Assembly: GCA_002633005.1 (NCBI GenBank) | Contig: NMRA01000229.1 | Coordinates: forward strand, 481,505-545,504 | Source of the DNA: Phoronis australis | Taxonomy: Eukaryota; Animalia; Phoronida | DNA: 64,000 nt | Direction of reading: 5' to 3' | Shown: piece by piece, positions 50,067 to 63,769 of the stretch | Layout: every line of letters begins with the position of its first letter | Numbering within the stretch: position 1 is the first letter of the stretch | The notes under the pieces: generated by a model | Told to the model about the DNA's origin: nothing | The model's database searches: none | The model's input: the letters and a program-made list of their open reading frames with translations, nothing else | Program-made: the position numbers and the translations under genes

Positions 50067-52117
50067 GTTTTATCGAAACAAATGGTTCGGTTCAAATGAT
50101 AAATGCCGTATGCATACAATGATGGTTTCAGACACTTGCACGAATTACGAACTAGTCACAGTCATGTGCCAATGACTGAATAGCAAGGCCGAATATCTTG
50201 CCGATTATACTTGCGAAAACATTGAAAATAAGCCTAGACGGGAACTAAGATACCGGCGGTGAACTCTCGCGACTTCCGTTACGGCCGGGCGGCTGACTTC
50301 CAACAATGAACGACAGAATAACATTTGGTGGAGAAATAACTTCAGTAAGAAAACTTGCTATGGTGTTAAGTAGAAAAGGAATAATTCCCACTTAGACAGA
50401 AACTTTCGTGTATTAAGCTACTACCCGGCGGAGCCCCATCTGGCCTGCCGTGCGCGGACATCTGCGTTCCGCGGGGCAAGATGAGTACATTACTTATCTA
50501 CCCTGGCATTATATGAGTGAAATTCCTGTCACAAAGAGATTAAAAAATACTGTATCATGCGCCTATTACTGTAATATTTTCCTATCGCCGACATTCAGAT
50601 CATTGACTCCAATTCACTACACCCTGCATCTCGTTTGCGTCACAGAATTTTTATATTTAGACAACAGGTGTATATATTGTAAATTTTTGTCAAGTTTCGA
50701 AATATGTTTTCCCTAATAATTGAAATTCAAAATCAATTTAGTAAGCGATTTTTTTTCCTGGCGAAGAGTCGGGGGTATTACTTCGCGGCCGGGGTTACTG
50801 CGTCCGGGCAGCACAGGTACACATTGTTGCAAATGAGGTGTGGAGGTCACAGTTTCGAGATAGAATTTGTTTTTGTTTGTTGAAACTTTGCCGTGTGAGG
50901 ATGTTTTTCTATTGTACATTTTAACGGCCAGTAAAGTCGGTGCTGATTTGCTGCGACACAATCCGGGTAGTCACATGACAATTGCTCACTCCAGGCTGGT
51001 ACTTTGGCCAGTTTCACGATATCGCGATTAAGAGACATTTGCAGATCTAGAAAGTTTTTTTTCTCTAATTTGTTACCTAAACGGGTACTGATGCTGAAAT
51101 TTGACGCACCCTCGCGATGAGTGAGAGGTGACCTCAGTAGCCGAGCGTTGGCTACGGGAGATGCGACATACTTCACAAACATATGATTATGAAATACCAT
51201 TCGTCATATGTAAAGAAAAGCTAAAATTTGGAAATAAATAATCAAATTTGTATAAAAAATAACCAAACAATGTGAACCACGAATTTATGCTCAGGGTGAT
51301 GTCAATACGTTTACAAGAAAACATGACCGCTATTCAAGAATCGTTCCGGAACTGAATGCATAGGAACTCAGGTCACGGAAATAAACGGGAATAGTCGATA
51401 ACTTTCTGATCTCGGCCGAGGTGCAAAGTTGAGCTCAAAAAGGCTTTTGGTTTGATAACAGAAAGGATGTGAACATTATGCCATGTTACATTGTACTTGA
51501 TTTGGTATACAGTTTTAAGTTTTTGAAGTAATTGCCCTTTGAGATAAGGACTTTAATAAGGAGATCCATTTCAGACGGTAGCCTCTCTTGGGGGTGCGGT
51601 TCACGGGAATTGTTCCTTTTTCGCTCTATACACGTAAATCAGACACTGCCAGGTGTTCATGAGGGATGTTGAGATTCCACATTCATCAAAAACCCAAAAC
51701 AACCGTGCACAGCACACCTATATCAAGACATTTGACCCAAACAACCAAAAAATGGAAAACACAATAGAATAGACCGCCATCGGAAAGGGGGAATTTTGAA
51801 GAACTTGAAGACCACTATTTGTGAATTGCACAAAAGTACTATTTCCAATTAGTAGTTATAGAATAATGCTGCCTTTTTTCTTATAGTATCACAAGAATAC
51901 TATTCCTTTTGACGCACGTTACAGGAATTTTTGTAAGGAATTGGCACATGTCGAAAAGACCGTCGGGGCTACGAGTTGTGACACATGTCGAAAGAGACAC
52001 TCAAAGTATTTGCAATCATAAACAAAAATTACAGGGTTTCCTTTGGAGTTCAAGTTTAATTCGTGAACCGTTATAGGTACGTCTGAAATGATCAAAACTG
52101 CACATCAATACAAATGC

Positions 52118-52210
52118 CCCATCTCCTGTGTTCCCCCTGTTACCCGTCAAAACTACACTTTAATACGCATTTCCCATCTCTTATGTTCCCCCGGTTACCC
52201 GTCAAAACTC
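52118..52210 (+). repeat. Two-copy tandem repeat, ~55-bp period
   Basis: CCCATCTC..TGTTCCCCC.GTTACCCGTCAAAACT occurs twice. Confidence 0.85.
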
Positions 52211-52299
52211 TGCGAGCATGCTTGCTGAAATAAATTTAACATTCCGTTTTGTAAGAAATGTCGTTGGTTTCTGATTCACATGTTTATGTGTCTACTACA

Positions 52300-52960
52300 G
52301 TCGACAGATTCATAGATGATTTTTGACAATTGATGTTTCAGTGAATTTTGTTATAGCCTGAACTTATAAAACGCTATAATCCGATCCTCAAATAGTACAG
52401 TACACTTAAACGATTTTTGCCTCTCTAAAATAACTCTCAAAGACATTGACGAAATTCGGACAGTTCCCACAAATATACTCACAATTCTAAATTATTGACA
52501 ATAAATACGTTGCTTTTTGACTATTTGGCGTTTGAACTTACAGGAGATCAAAAGGAGAAATCACGGTAAACGCATTGCTCGTGCAATCGGTTTTTGGCTT
52601 CTGTTTTACATGCTTTCATGTATATGTTTAAAAAAATTTACTGATTGATAGATGATTTTGACAATTAGAAGCTAATCCTGTAAGAAATAACTGTGCTTCA
52701 CTGAACTTAGTTGTAGGCTGACGTCGTATCCCCAATCTAAACGATTTTTGTCTATCTGAATTAAGTCTCAAGAATATTGATGAATGTCGGTCAACTCCAC
52801 AAAGTGTCCCAAAATATTCCCACAATTCAAATGGCAATAAATTTTATTGACTAAGGCTAGAATTAGATTAGTGGTTTAAATTCACAAACCGTAGATCGAA
52901 AAAGAAGTCTAAGTTCTTAATTAAATGAAGTTAAACTCATTGCTCATTTAACTTGATCTT
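52300..52960 (+). repeat. Degenerate two-copy tandem repeat, ~330-bp period
   Basis: ATAGATGATTTT(T)GACAATT, AAACGATTTTTG..TCTCAA..ATTGA and CACAATTC recur at a ~330-bp offset. Confidence 0.7.
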
Positions 52961-53385
52961 TGCACTCCCTCGATGGCATTAGTTCCAAGTAGTATTGCGG
53001 AATGAATGTTTATAACCATGCAAAGGAAATTCCCTACGAAATGGTGCCTTTTTCAACACAAATCCCTACAAAGGGGTTCAGCATGGGAGTTTGAAATTCC
53101 ACAAAAATTCCCTTTTCAACTACACCTGTACACAAACCTACAGAAGGATTTTAGCATTCCCAACTGCTTTGTGTGTAACCATCATTCTCGATAAGCTCTT
53201 CCAGTCTTTTTACAAGTAGTTTTACATTACATTATAACCTAATTTTGTAATTCTGATTATATTTATCTGTAACATTGTATTTGTTCTAGTGGCTCCGTGG
53301 TCTCCATAAACGTTAATTTGTATTAATTGTATTTTTGTCTTAACGTGAATAAAGTGTATTGCTATTGCTGTTGCTACTATTAGCT
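52960..53385 (+). mobile_element. Probable CR1/L2 LINE 3' end
   Basis: Decayed KSLQRG..W..IP peptide, a T-rich UTR, then AATAAA followed by a short (TTGCTA)-like repeat tail. Confidence 0.35.
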
Positions 53386-56300
53386 ATATTTTAAAGCTTT
53401 TGTTGCAAAAGATGTACTCGTGATTGACAACTTTTCTTCCTGTGCTATTTCAGACATTATTAGTAAAGAATTCAATTCTCCAAGATATCCTTCGAATCGA
53501 TTAGGTTCATGTAATTAACCGCTACAAAAGAGAGGCGTTTCGGGAACGAAGCTCTACGAAACAGTGAGTTTTCATGAAGCTGTTTATACAAAAATCAGGT
53601 CCTTTTCTCGTGTCCCACACAGGGATGGCGTCGCATTCGAGGTCCAAGGTGCCCGTTGCTACGCCCCTCCTCTCCCTTTCAACCTATTTCATCAAAATTT
53701 GATATGCAATCCTGAGAGCGTGTTTGATGAGACAGGGCCCTTCATCTGTTCAACGTTCGTGCTTGTATTGCGGTAGCATGTAAGTTGACAACAGTGTTAA
53801 ATGCTTTGTCGCTCCAGGCGAAGTCAAGTCAGAGCTTACTCTTTTCATGGTCGACTGAATTGATGCTAGCAGGCGTTAATTAGCTTAATTAATTTGGTTT
53901 GTAAATTGGAAACGATTAACGAGTGTGAATCAAGTAAGCTAGTTAAATGAGACGATACGGGTACTGCCTCAAACACACGCTCCACAAACTGTCTAGGGAG
54001 CAGGCCGTATACCACTCAATTAAAGGCACTTTCGATGTAAAATCTGGACCCATACGCGCTCATTTCTAAGAAAGTAATTGGCAGGACTAGGGTGAAAATG
54101 AGTGGTTTAACATTTCCTTTGCCAGGTGAATTCAACAGGCCGATTTGATTCTACCCGCATGAATTTCAATTTTGTGCCCACATTTCTAACAACTCTCGCG
54201 AACTTAAATGAGAAACTAAAACTCGAACAATGGAAACGCTCATGAAAACATTGTTAAAGTGGCCAGGTGTACACTTGCACCGGCCTGGACATTTCTAAAC
54301 ATCTGACACCTTAGCAACAACAAATTTATCAGAAGGATTTGAATACATTCATATGAGTACTGTCCTGTGTAATTGACTGTAAGATTGGTTATCAGTTACC
54401 ATCATATTTAAAATCTTGGTCTTGAGGATACACAACAAACTGTAGTCGACTCTCGATTTGAAAAGGAGCTTATATTTTCACAATATGATGCTTCAAACAC
54501 TATCAAATTGACGGTTACCCTGTTTTCGATTCGAGAACCGGCAAAGGCCGTAGAGATCATGCAGTGCGACTTACCAGCACGTTTCTGAGACATCTCCAGC
54601 CATATCTGGGTCTTTTCAAGCAAACGAGATCCCAACTGTGTCCAAAATTGGAATGAACCCCCATATAGAGTTTCAGGATGAAGATTAGACTTGAAGCGAA
54701 ATTTCATTTCACTCATCGCCTCGCTTAGTGTTGTGATAACACGACATTTTTGGCCAGATGTATAATAGGAAGCTAACGACGCAAGGGATAACGTTATTAT
54801 TTGTGTCGTTAGCTTCGCAACAGGTGGCGAAAGCGTAGTTTGCCAAAAGCCGACATAATTTCTGTCTAAGACGGAAGTCCAAAATCCGACTTTGTATTCA
54901 TAAAACAATATGAATTTTCTTTTAACTTAGCCCGAATTGTTGTCTTAACTTAAGCAAGATTTTGGTCTTAAGTATTAAGTCTAAGTCTGTTTTCATGAAA
55001 CGAGCTCTTGGAATTTCGTTAACGAATTTTTACGCAAACCTAAATCATTATCTTTCACCTCAACATCTATTTAAAAACATTATGAAAAAGTTTGTGGCAG
55101 TCCTTGGATAGGTCCACACGGAAATAATTGTCTGTCTGAAAACACTTCAATGTTGTCTGCCGACTAGCTTGATGTAAGTTTACTATGACAACTTTCAGAC
55201 ACTTCCGTTACTCTTTCGGTTAGGTAAAATATACATGTTCAGGGCCCTTCACACCGACTCATTTAGAAACCTGTTACTTAAAAAAGAAAAAGGACACACA
55301 AAGTGCTCGATCTTTTTACCACAAACCACACAAAACCATAAGATTCAATTTCAAAATGGATTGATTATAGAGGTCATGACGACTGCCTCAAATGTACCAA
55401 CGCCGCCCTTTTACCCCACCCCATCGACATCAGAACAAATCTCCTGACTTCACTCTTATTCTTTTTTGGCTTTATCTGTACGTCTGTAGTAAATGTTCTA
55501 AAGTTTTCTTTCCACGCACCATTACACCGGTCGTCATCGTGTTCCCTAAATTCAGCACATTTGTGGAATTTGTGCAAACACTGATTGTCCTTTTTATTGC
55601 TGTTCTGTCTTCATTGCTAAGTCACTCTCTAACTTTGATGCATACAGAGAGTAAAGTATACGTTCAATATTTTAATTCCTTAAAAATAAATATGTACGAA
55701 GTCCTTAAAATAGGGGCGTGGCATGAAAATGTCCTTATTTGTATTAAATTAGGGGCTCAGTTTTCAGATACATTATTAGAAAATGAAGAACTCACAGTCA
55801 AGATAATGTTATAGAAAAACAATATTAGTAAGTAAACTAAGTCTGCAAATGCGCTGAATATTCAGTTAATATTGTCGAGGCGTTATTAAAACTGTTTCGC
55901 GCTTCCGGCCGCTGAGACCTTATGTCGTCATTTGAGCGAGTTTTTGTCGTCAAATGTATTGTCGCAGAAAAATGCTAGACTCGTTATTTCATAATTATCC
56001 CAAATGTTTCGAAGCCACATTGAAACAAAGGGTTCGAAGAGGCTCTTATGCTTAATTAGGCTTGCTATTCGTCACTAGATTTAAGTTGTTACTGGTCACT
56101 GCAACCAAGCTCGAAACATGACAGTTCACATGACAAGATCAAGCTGCCCTACGCGTGCCGCGTGCCAACGGATTTTCTCTTTTTGCCAAAGGCTTTGCGA
56201 CCTTACCTACCACATGATGGACACATAACCTGCATATCGCGTTTTTGTCGTGATAGACCGACCCGAAAACCTCGCCACTTTTCTGGTCGGTGGAAATTCC

Positions 56301-56983
56301 TGAGAAAATCACAAACCTTTGTTTGTCCAGTGACATGCGATTCGATTTCACGCCTATACACATTAGCTGATGGCGTTAAGTTCCATTGCCGGACCAGGCG
56401 TAATTACCATGTTCATTGGCCCTACAGCCCTAATGGGTAATAAACTGTTGAAATCGCTGATAAAAAAGTGTCAAGTTTATAGTCCCTGTAACACCTGAGA
56501 TTCTAATACGAACACTTGGGGTTATGTGCCTGGAGGTAATCGCTAGATTATTCAGGTTCATCAGTTTTCCAACTTCTTGAGGAAACAGGCAGATTGTTCA
56601 GCTTTACCCATGAGAAGCCTCATGCTGGGGTGTCTCCAAGAGTCATCTTTAGGTTATTATTCTAATGGGGTAGACCTAAGCACGACTGGTGCGCCACAAA
56701 AGGCGTCTAGCCAATTGCCTACATTTTCCCTTGCTAAAATCATAACACGTTGTATAGTTGAATAGTACAGACTGTCGTTAAGAGCGAAGTGTAATCACCA
56801 CGGCGTTTTTATTGAACTTTTTGAAAATATGGAAATGCTTTTGTGCGCTAATTACATATAGTGAAGATCTGTCACAGTCTATTTTTCGTGGAAAATATGT
56901 TTTTGAAGCCAGCCCCATCAAAATAAGGAGCATGGCACATCTTTCAGGAAATGAAAAGCGCTGCTTTTTGAACTTTGGATTAC

Positions 56984-57658
56984 TTTATTCTTGCATGACA
57001 TTCAGTGACTAACACAGTCAAGACATATTATCATCGCAGTGTCAATTTTGCACAGAACAATTTGAAAATAAATATACATTGCAAGGGACACTTCGTCAGA
57101 TGAGAAACAAATAAAATAAAAATAAAAATAATAAAATTGCACGTGACTCGGTGCACCTCAACCCATTCACTCGTTCAGTTACACTGTAGAGCCATATTAC
57201 GCCTTCTCACCACATTTTGACAAAACATAAACACAACTTGCATTCTTTCGACTCCCGTCTAAAGTTCAACATCCCAAATTACCTTCAAATTAATCTTCTA
57301 TTGTTCGGTGTAATGTGAAGTGCTCTTCCACAAGTCTGTGACTGTAGGCGAAAGTTTCATTAATGAATAGCTGTTAATATCCTCGCTTAACAAGATTGGC
57401 AATGTCCTTTTTTATGCATACTTCAACGCCCTCTGGTGACGTAAGTGAGATATCCTTTCAGGTTCTACACGAAAAGTGTCAGCACGTGAACCTGTACGTG
57501 CATTCAAGTAGTTGAATTCAATCTGACAGTTACAGATTTCAATGGAAGTAAATTTTCAGGAATTGGTGACGTCAGTTCGTATTTATAGATGATAGGTAAA
57601 CAAATATCCACAACCAGCACATCAAAATAAAAGCAGTTTCCGTTTACTAAATACTGAG
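56984..57658 (-). other. Probable 3' UTR of Sp paralogue B
   Basis: AT-rich region after the TAA stop; minus-strand AATAAA at ~56984-56989 (another at ~56807). Confidence 0.4.
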
Positions 57659-58705
57659 TTATACAGCAGTCTTTGCGGGTTCTGGTATCTCTTTTACGTG
57701 GTCGTGGCTAGACTCTTCATCAGCTCCCTCCTCGCTGTGTGTTTTCACGTGCTTAGCTAGGTGATCACTACGCATAAATTTTTTATTGCAAACAGGGCAA
57801 GCAAATCTTTTTTCACCCGTGTGAGTTCGTAGATGACGCTGAAGTTCGTCAGAGCGCGTGAATCGCTTGCCGCAAAACAGCCAGTTGCACACAAATGGTC
57901 GTTCCCCTGTGTGCCAGCGAAGATGCGCCTTCAGGTGGGAGGTTTTGTTGTAAATCTTTCCACATCCAGGTATGTGGCAGTTATGTAGTGGTTTGCGCCT
58001 AAGATGCGCTCCAGCCGGTCCGAGCCTTTCTGCCTCTTGGCAATTTGGACATGAGCAGGTGGCGCGACCAGGATACCTTCTTTGATTGCGCGGAGAACCA
58101 ATAGGCGGCGGTGAATAAAACGGGCTAGGGGTGCTTACGATATCGTTTTTTGTCGATAACATAGCTTTATAATTGTATGAATCTTGGAACGGTGGACTGC
58201 TACCCAGGAAAGAAGCCGACAAAGGATCCGATGTGTACGGGTAAGTGCAATAGGGTGACCCAACGGATGATGGAACTTCCGGTAACCAATTAGACGATGG
58301 TGAGTGAACATCCCATAGTGCATTTGGTGCCGTGCTCATTTCCGGCTTAAGTGGGTGCGTTACCTGTGGAACGTACGGCCATGAATCATAAGCAACATGG
58401 CGGCCATAAAATCCGCCATTCACTTGATCCATTTTGTGCTGTAGAGAAGGCTGTCCTGTCTCTGTGCACGGGTGGGTGAATTGTGAATACGTTAGGTCAC
58501 TGCTGTATGTGCTCGCGGCCGTCGGCGAACTCACAGTAGAGACGCTAGACGTCGCCATTCCGACCAATGATACGGGGCTACTTGTTTTTTTCCACGGATA
58601 GAATCCTTTGGAGGACTCGTGAGTCGTCAAAGATGGCGGTGTACCCACAACGGGCTTGTAAAGTGATGTTATCACGGAAACGGGAGCACCAGCTAAACGG
58701 GATTC
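57659..58705 (-). CDS. Sp6-9: Sp6-9 (Sp8/Sp9-like) zinc-finger transcription factor, paralogue B, exon 2
   Basis: Acceptor TTGTCTTTTTCAG|GAA; the ORF-track start MLDCLFQ is intronic. Motifs [12 protein letters not shown] and LWDVH..WL; Btd box [26 protein letters not shown]; three Sp8/9-type ZFs. Confidence 0.96.
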   Translation of the reverse strand, partial: ESRLAGAPVSVITSLYKPVVGTPPSLTTHESSKGFYPWKKTSSPVSLVGMATSSVSTVSSPTAASTYSSDLTYSQFTHPCTETGQPSLQHKMDQVNGGFYGRHVAYDSWPYVPQVTHPLKPEMSTAPNALWDVHSPSSNWLPEVPSSVGSPYCTYPYTSDPLSASFLGSSPPFQDSYNYKAMLSTKNDIVSTPSPFYSPPPIGSPRNQRRYPGRATCSCPNCQEAERLGPAGAHLRRKPLHNCHIPGCGKIYNKTSHLKAHLRWHTGERPFVCNWLFCGKRFTRSDELQRHLRTHTGEKRFACPVCNKKFMRSDHLAKHVKTHSEEGADEESSHDHVKEIPEPAKTAV

Positions 58706-59734
58706 CTGAAAAAGACAATCAAGCAATCATTAAATTGTGCAAATAATATATTTCATTTAGTGGAGTTATGTTTCACTTTATTTGTTTCTAAATGAGATTG
58801 CTGTATTTAGTACAGAACTAATGTAACATTCAATGAGGAGAGTGTACAGCCTTTGATGGAAGCATTGATGTTAAGCATTTCGCTCTATTTATGTGCTTAA
58901 AAATGAAACTAAATCGAATTGGGCCTTTTTCTTTCATGAAGTAGATCTCGTGACGGGATGCTATTTTGTATATCCACAAGAACAGCTATTAAAGAAACCT
59001 TTTTATTGTCGTCGGCAAACCCTTAAATTGCGGGTTCGAAAATGGCGCAGGAACGCATTGCCTGTGACTTGAGTTGCCGTATTATTCGGCAATAATTCAG
59101 AGCCAGGAGAGGGCGGTAATGTTTTTGAACCCCAAAGAGCTTCGGTTGAGAATTTAACATTGACATAAACAGGGACTAAATGCACCTTTGATTCGTGTTA
59201 AGTTGAAGGAGCATTTTATTTCTATCGTATGGCACTTTTCGCATGTATCAGGTTTCGTTCTTTGAGTTTGGGAAAATAAATTGTCGGCCTATATGCATGA
59301 CCCCACGTGATGCCACGGTGTTGCGATTGCAAAGAGAAATTCAACGCTGCGGAGCGTCGTACCAGAATTACGACAAGATTACCAGCTGTACGTTGAAACG
59401 GCTGGCCGACATTGTATGACAAGTGCTGCGTGATCTTCGATGTCGGCGGATAACTGTGGTAACACTACGTCCATTGTCGTTCTTAATTCCTCATGCAAAA
59501 ACCTTAACACCGCAGCCCACCCTAGCTCTCTAACCTCCACTGTAGGTGGAAATGTCTGGAGGGTTGTTCTGTGGTTGTTAACTCACTCTGTAGCGTGACA
59601 ACTTAATCCCAGTACATCGTTGCACTACTTGCTCTTAATTGACATGTGTGGTTTAATTTTTATTTAAAGCCGCAAAACACTCGACATGTATATCAGTAGT
59701 ACCACCGTCTCCCGAGCTTCAACTTCTGCAATCC

Positions 59735-60010
59735 TCATCGTTACCGTCGTCATCGTCACCACACCCGTCATGTACACTATTAACGTCATCATCATTAGCA
59801 ATATCACCATCATCGTTATCGCCATGAACATCATCAAAAACATCATAATCGTCTTCATAAACGTTTCGGCCGTTATCACCTTCAACATTATCGTAACCGT
59901 TATGACTACAGTCAGTTTCATCGTCGTCGCCATCATCTTCATCTTCATCATCATCATCGTGTTTATCATTTTTATCGTCAACCTCATTATCATCGTCAGC
60001 ATCATTTCAT
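59735..60010. repeat. Degenerate (CAT/CGT)n trinucleotide repeat in the paralogue B intron
   Basis: Seen directly; it produces spurious Met- and Ile-rich ORFs. Confidence 0.85.
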
Positions 60011-63000
60011 TCGTTACCTACATGTTAGTGATTCTAGCAGAATAATAGCACACATATTCTGATCCATTTTGCAATTAAAACGGGATTCTTTGAAACACTC
60101 TACAGAATAAATATAATTAAAAATGTTAACCATAAAACACTCCTGGGATATTTTCCGCAGACATGAAAACCTCACAAAAACGCAGAATCTCGTGAAACAT
60201 GTAGTATAAGTAAAACACGCAAAGTCACTATCTCCCTTCTGTAGATTTTTACGGAACTCTACCCAGGAGAGCGCCGATCATTTTACACGTAATTTCGAAC
60301 GACGCCGGGAAACCAGAGCGAATTTTTGATCCGCAAACCAGACCAACAACCATATTAGTGGATGTGCTAATAGCGGACAAGTTGATCATAACCTCAAGAT
60401 CACCTCGAATATTTTGCAGCCTGAAATTTTCCCTCGAAGTAACGCTATCTCCGCATGTGCGAACCTCAGTCATACGGCCACATATTCTCCAGTTTGAAAA
60501 TTACAGGAGTTGTCGCATGTCTGAAGTCCGCATATGTGCAGATAAAAAATTCACCACCGACAAGATATTTTAGGCAACGAAAATACCCGAGGTTTCCCCA
60601 ATTGAGTTCACCACTGAGTTGCTAAGGTACGGAAGACCATGGCGATGCTCGAAAACAAAGCAAAGCAGGTTGAATTTAATGGGGAACTTCAGCTCTGCTC
60701 AAACCTAGAAATCTTCTAATCTGAGTAAGGAACGAGGTGGGAACGACTTTATAACGATAAGTGGTCTAAAAGTGGTTTTGACAATAGTCTCGAGTTTGTT
60801 ACGTTTAACACTCTGTATGTCCACTAACAAGTGAATAGCAAAGTAAATGGTAAAAACTGTTCATAAGCTGTTGTGTTTTGACACTGAAAGCTGCAGAAAG
60901 CAGGGGTTTCGCGCCTTTAAAATTTAACCACATTTGTTGTCGAAACTGTCAATTTCGTGTTTATATTTTAAATAATATATTTTTCTATATTTGTGATTCC
61001 ATGGTTCCATTTACACAAAACAATAAATCAAAACATGCATCATTGCAATATAATATATTGCGACAATTGCAAACTCCAAAAATGAATTTTCAGCTGCAAA
61101 TGTTACTATGTATTTTAGACAACAGCATTTTGACAAACAGTTACATAAAATGGTACTTTTCCAGGTTAAGAAAACGCAGGGCTTTTTGGAATTTGTTGAT
61201 TTGGTTATTTTTGTACCATTTTAGTGCATGTTTTGAGACTGGAGGATTTTTTCGATTAGGCAACAAAGTCGACACCTCTACAAATCAAGAAATGTTTTGT
61301 TTTGTATCAAGCGCGGCATGAAAATGACTTTCTAAAGTATTTAAATACAGGTTGTCTAACGTCGGCGAAAGAATCCTAAAAATATTTGAAATAATACAAT
61401 GTACTGCAACTTCTCTATAATAAGTTAACACGAAAGTAGCGGCAGGTAAACTCGCTATTTATATCACGGGAATTACCACGTTAATGCCATGACCACTGGA
61501 CGATTTAGGACGTCGTGAGAAAGCAAACTACAATGTTCGACGAAAAATGTCCCCGTTGACCCAAAATTGTCCCCCTAAATAAGCCTGTGATGGTGTTGAT
61601 AGATCCAATGATCACAAGGACAACCTGCGCAGGCATTACTTCCGCTTGGTTTTAATTAACCATTACGAACATGATAAAATTAAGTCTAAACGTTCCTAAT
61701 ACTGTTTAACCAGTGGTAGGTTATTTTACAACAGTTTCAAGAAACATGTGGTTATCTCCTTACTTAATAATTATTGAGGCATTAAAACGAAACATTTCAA
61801 CAGTCTGTTATTTCTAATTTCATCATTGCAAGTTAAACCAGTTGAAAATACTTTGTATTGATATTTTTCCAAAGTCGACAGATGACAAAAACTCGGCGCC
61901 AGAAAATCAATCAAGTCCCAGCAACTCGTAGGTTTGAATAGTTGATTTTTATAGAAGTGTCATTAAGTTTTAATATATTTCAATAACAATGGTGATATTG
62001 GTAAGTTTAAAAGCAACAAAGCATTCCTCAGCTTTACAGTAACAGTCCGCGTGTCACGGGTGGATTGATTCGTTCCTTGTTTTCTATTAAGTATGTTTCC
62101 GTAACTAAAGATTGAACCGATGACACGTGAGCGTCTTTTACCTTTTCTCAGTGGTGGTAAATCAATGGTTAGAAAAGTTTCACGGTTGCTGGCTTAATAT
62201 GTTAGTTATAAATATGATGCTTGATTTTGAATCAATAAATAATTTTGGTAACAGCGTTTTTAGGAATTGTTCTAAAACATTTATACCAAACGAAATTTGG
62301 TCATGTTACCATTATACTTGTTTTTTATGAATTTGTTTTTTTATTTTGTTGAAATTACTGAGAAGCCCTGACACGTGACCCAATTAGTATGAAATTAAAA
62401 GCCTAAAATTCTACAGGCCTGCCCAGAAAACATATACTTTTAACTGGGGTTCAGAATGTTGGACAATAGCTTTTACAGAGTTAAAATATTCAGTTTTGTA
62501 TATTGTTGGCTAAATACACTAATTTGTCGATAAGGCCCCTCATAAGCTTAAGCAATATGGGTCTGCCTTGCTGGTGGTTACGCTATCGACTGTTGAGAGT
62601 CAGCTACTGAAAATATAATTTATCGGTTTGGCCTATTGCCGTTTAAATCGTGGCTCTTTACGCCGCGTACGCCACTCTCCGAGTCACCTATGTACCTTCA
62701 GAGTTTATTCGCTCTCTCGTCATGATGATTTTCTTAGCTTGCTTTTCAGTATCCACCGATTTAAACTGGACGTATTCATAGTTTTATACAAACGGGCTAT
62801 CCTATTGTAATGAAAGTCTTGGCCTACGTAACTCTCGTATTTACGGTTTTGAAAGAGTTGAATTCCTCTTAATAATCTAAACCTTTAGCTTAGTGCGTTG
62901 TGCACCGTACATACGTTCCCTGGAATGGGATGTTGGTTCGTGGAGCAGTAATATAATCGGGGTTATGGTCATGTCTAAACACTCTTCGTCGGTGAATACG

Positions 63001-63496
63001 ATACGACAGTGTTTTAAGATTGTTATTGGCGTTACGCTTGGAGACGCACTTTCAATAAGTGAGAAATTCGTCGCCACACTCTACTGATATTGCCGGAGGT
63101 TGAAAATTAACATCTTTTCCCAGCCGCACAACAACGGTGTTTCATGAAATATGTTTAAAACAATAAATATAACACTCTAACTACAGCCACATTGAACGCT
63201 GAAACCGCCGCCGATTGTATGCAATGATTGCAGTTCGTGTTACCAGAAAAATTGAGTGAATTTCTGTCAAATAAAGATTTATGAAAACTGTAATTCTGAA
63301 ATACGTGGGATATTTTACGGATGCAAATTATGTTGTTGTAATATGTCGTTGATAACTGTAAACAACGGCAAAAGAACTACCAAACAATTAACATTGAAGC
63401 TCTATGTGGGTTTTTCCAATTTTGGCGGAGTCGTCTAATAAGATTATCTATTTTATGATTAAGATTTTCTATGACAACCAAGTGATTTTTACTTAC

Positions 63497-63514
63497 CGGT
63501 ATCGCACTAGTCAT
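63497..63514 (-). CDS. Sp6-9: Sp6-9 paralogue B first coding exon (MTSAIP)
   Basis: AAAC ATG ACT AGT GCG ATA CCG|GTAAGT: good start context and a perfect phase-0 donor compatible with the acceptor at 58706. It mirrors the short MATSLLG|EEPRLG first exon of Sp8/9. Intron 4791 bp; protein 354 aa. Confidence 0.75.
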
Positions 63515-63769
63515 GTTTATTTTGTCTCTAATGAGAAGGTAGGTCGGTGACACAAGAGCGCTGCGTCTTCGTGTAGAGAAAGTGTGGTTAGTCCGTTTCG
63601 TCTTTCATTTAAGCTGCAGCGTCTTATAATGACTTCTGGGCACGATTATGCTTTAACGATTTAAAATTACTGCAGAAATCACGGCAAAATTGTCTTGTCG
63701 ATGCAAGTTGACGTTTTCAACTTCTATCAAGGAGTAGGTTTTTAATAGGTTTTCCCCAGTCGGCTTTAG

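Noticed and set aside
58706-58726. TTG start giving MLDCLFQ
   Set aside because: This is the polypyrimidine tract and CAG acceptor of the intron.
59664-60045. Met-rich and Ile-rich membrane-protein-like ORFs
   Set aside because: Translations of a degenerate trinucleotide repeat; the same applies to ORFs at 32734 and 36650-36952.
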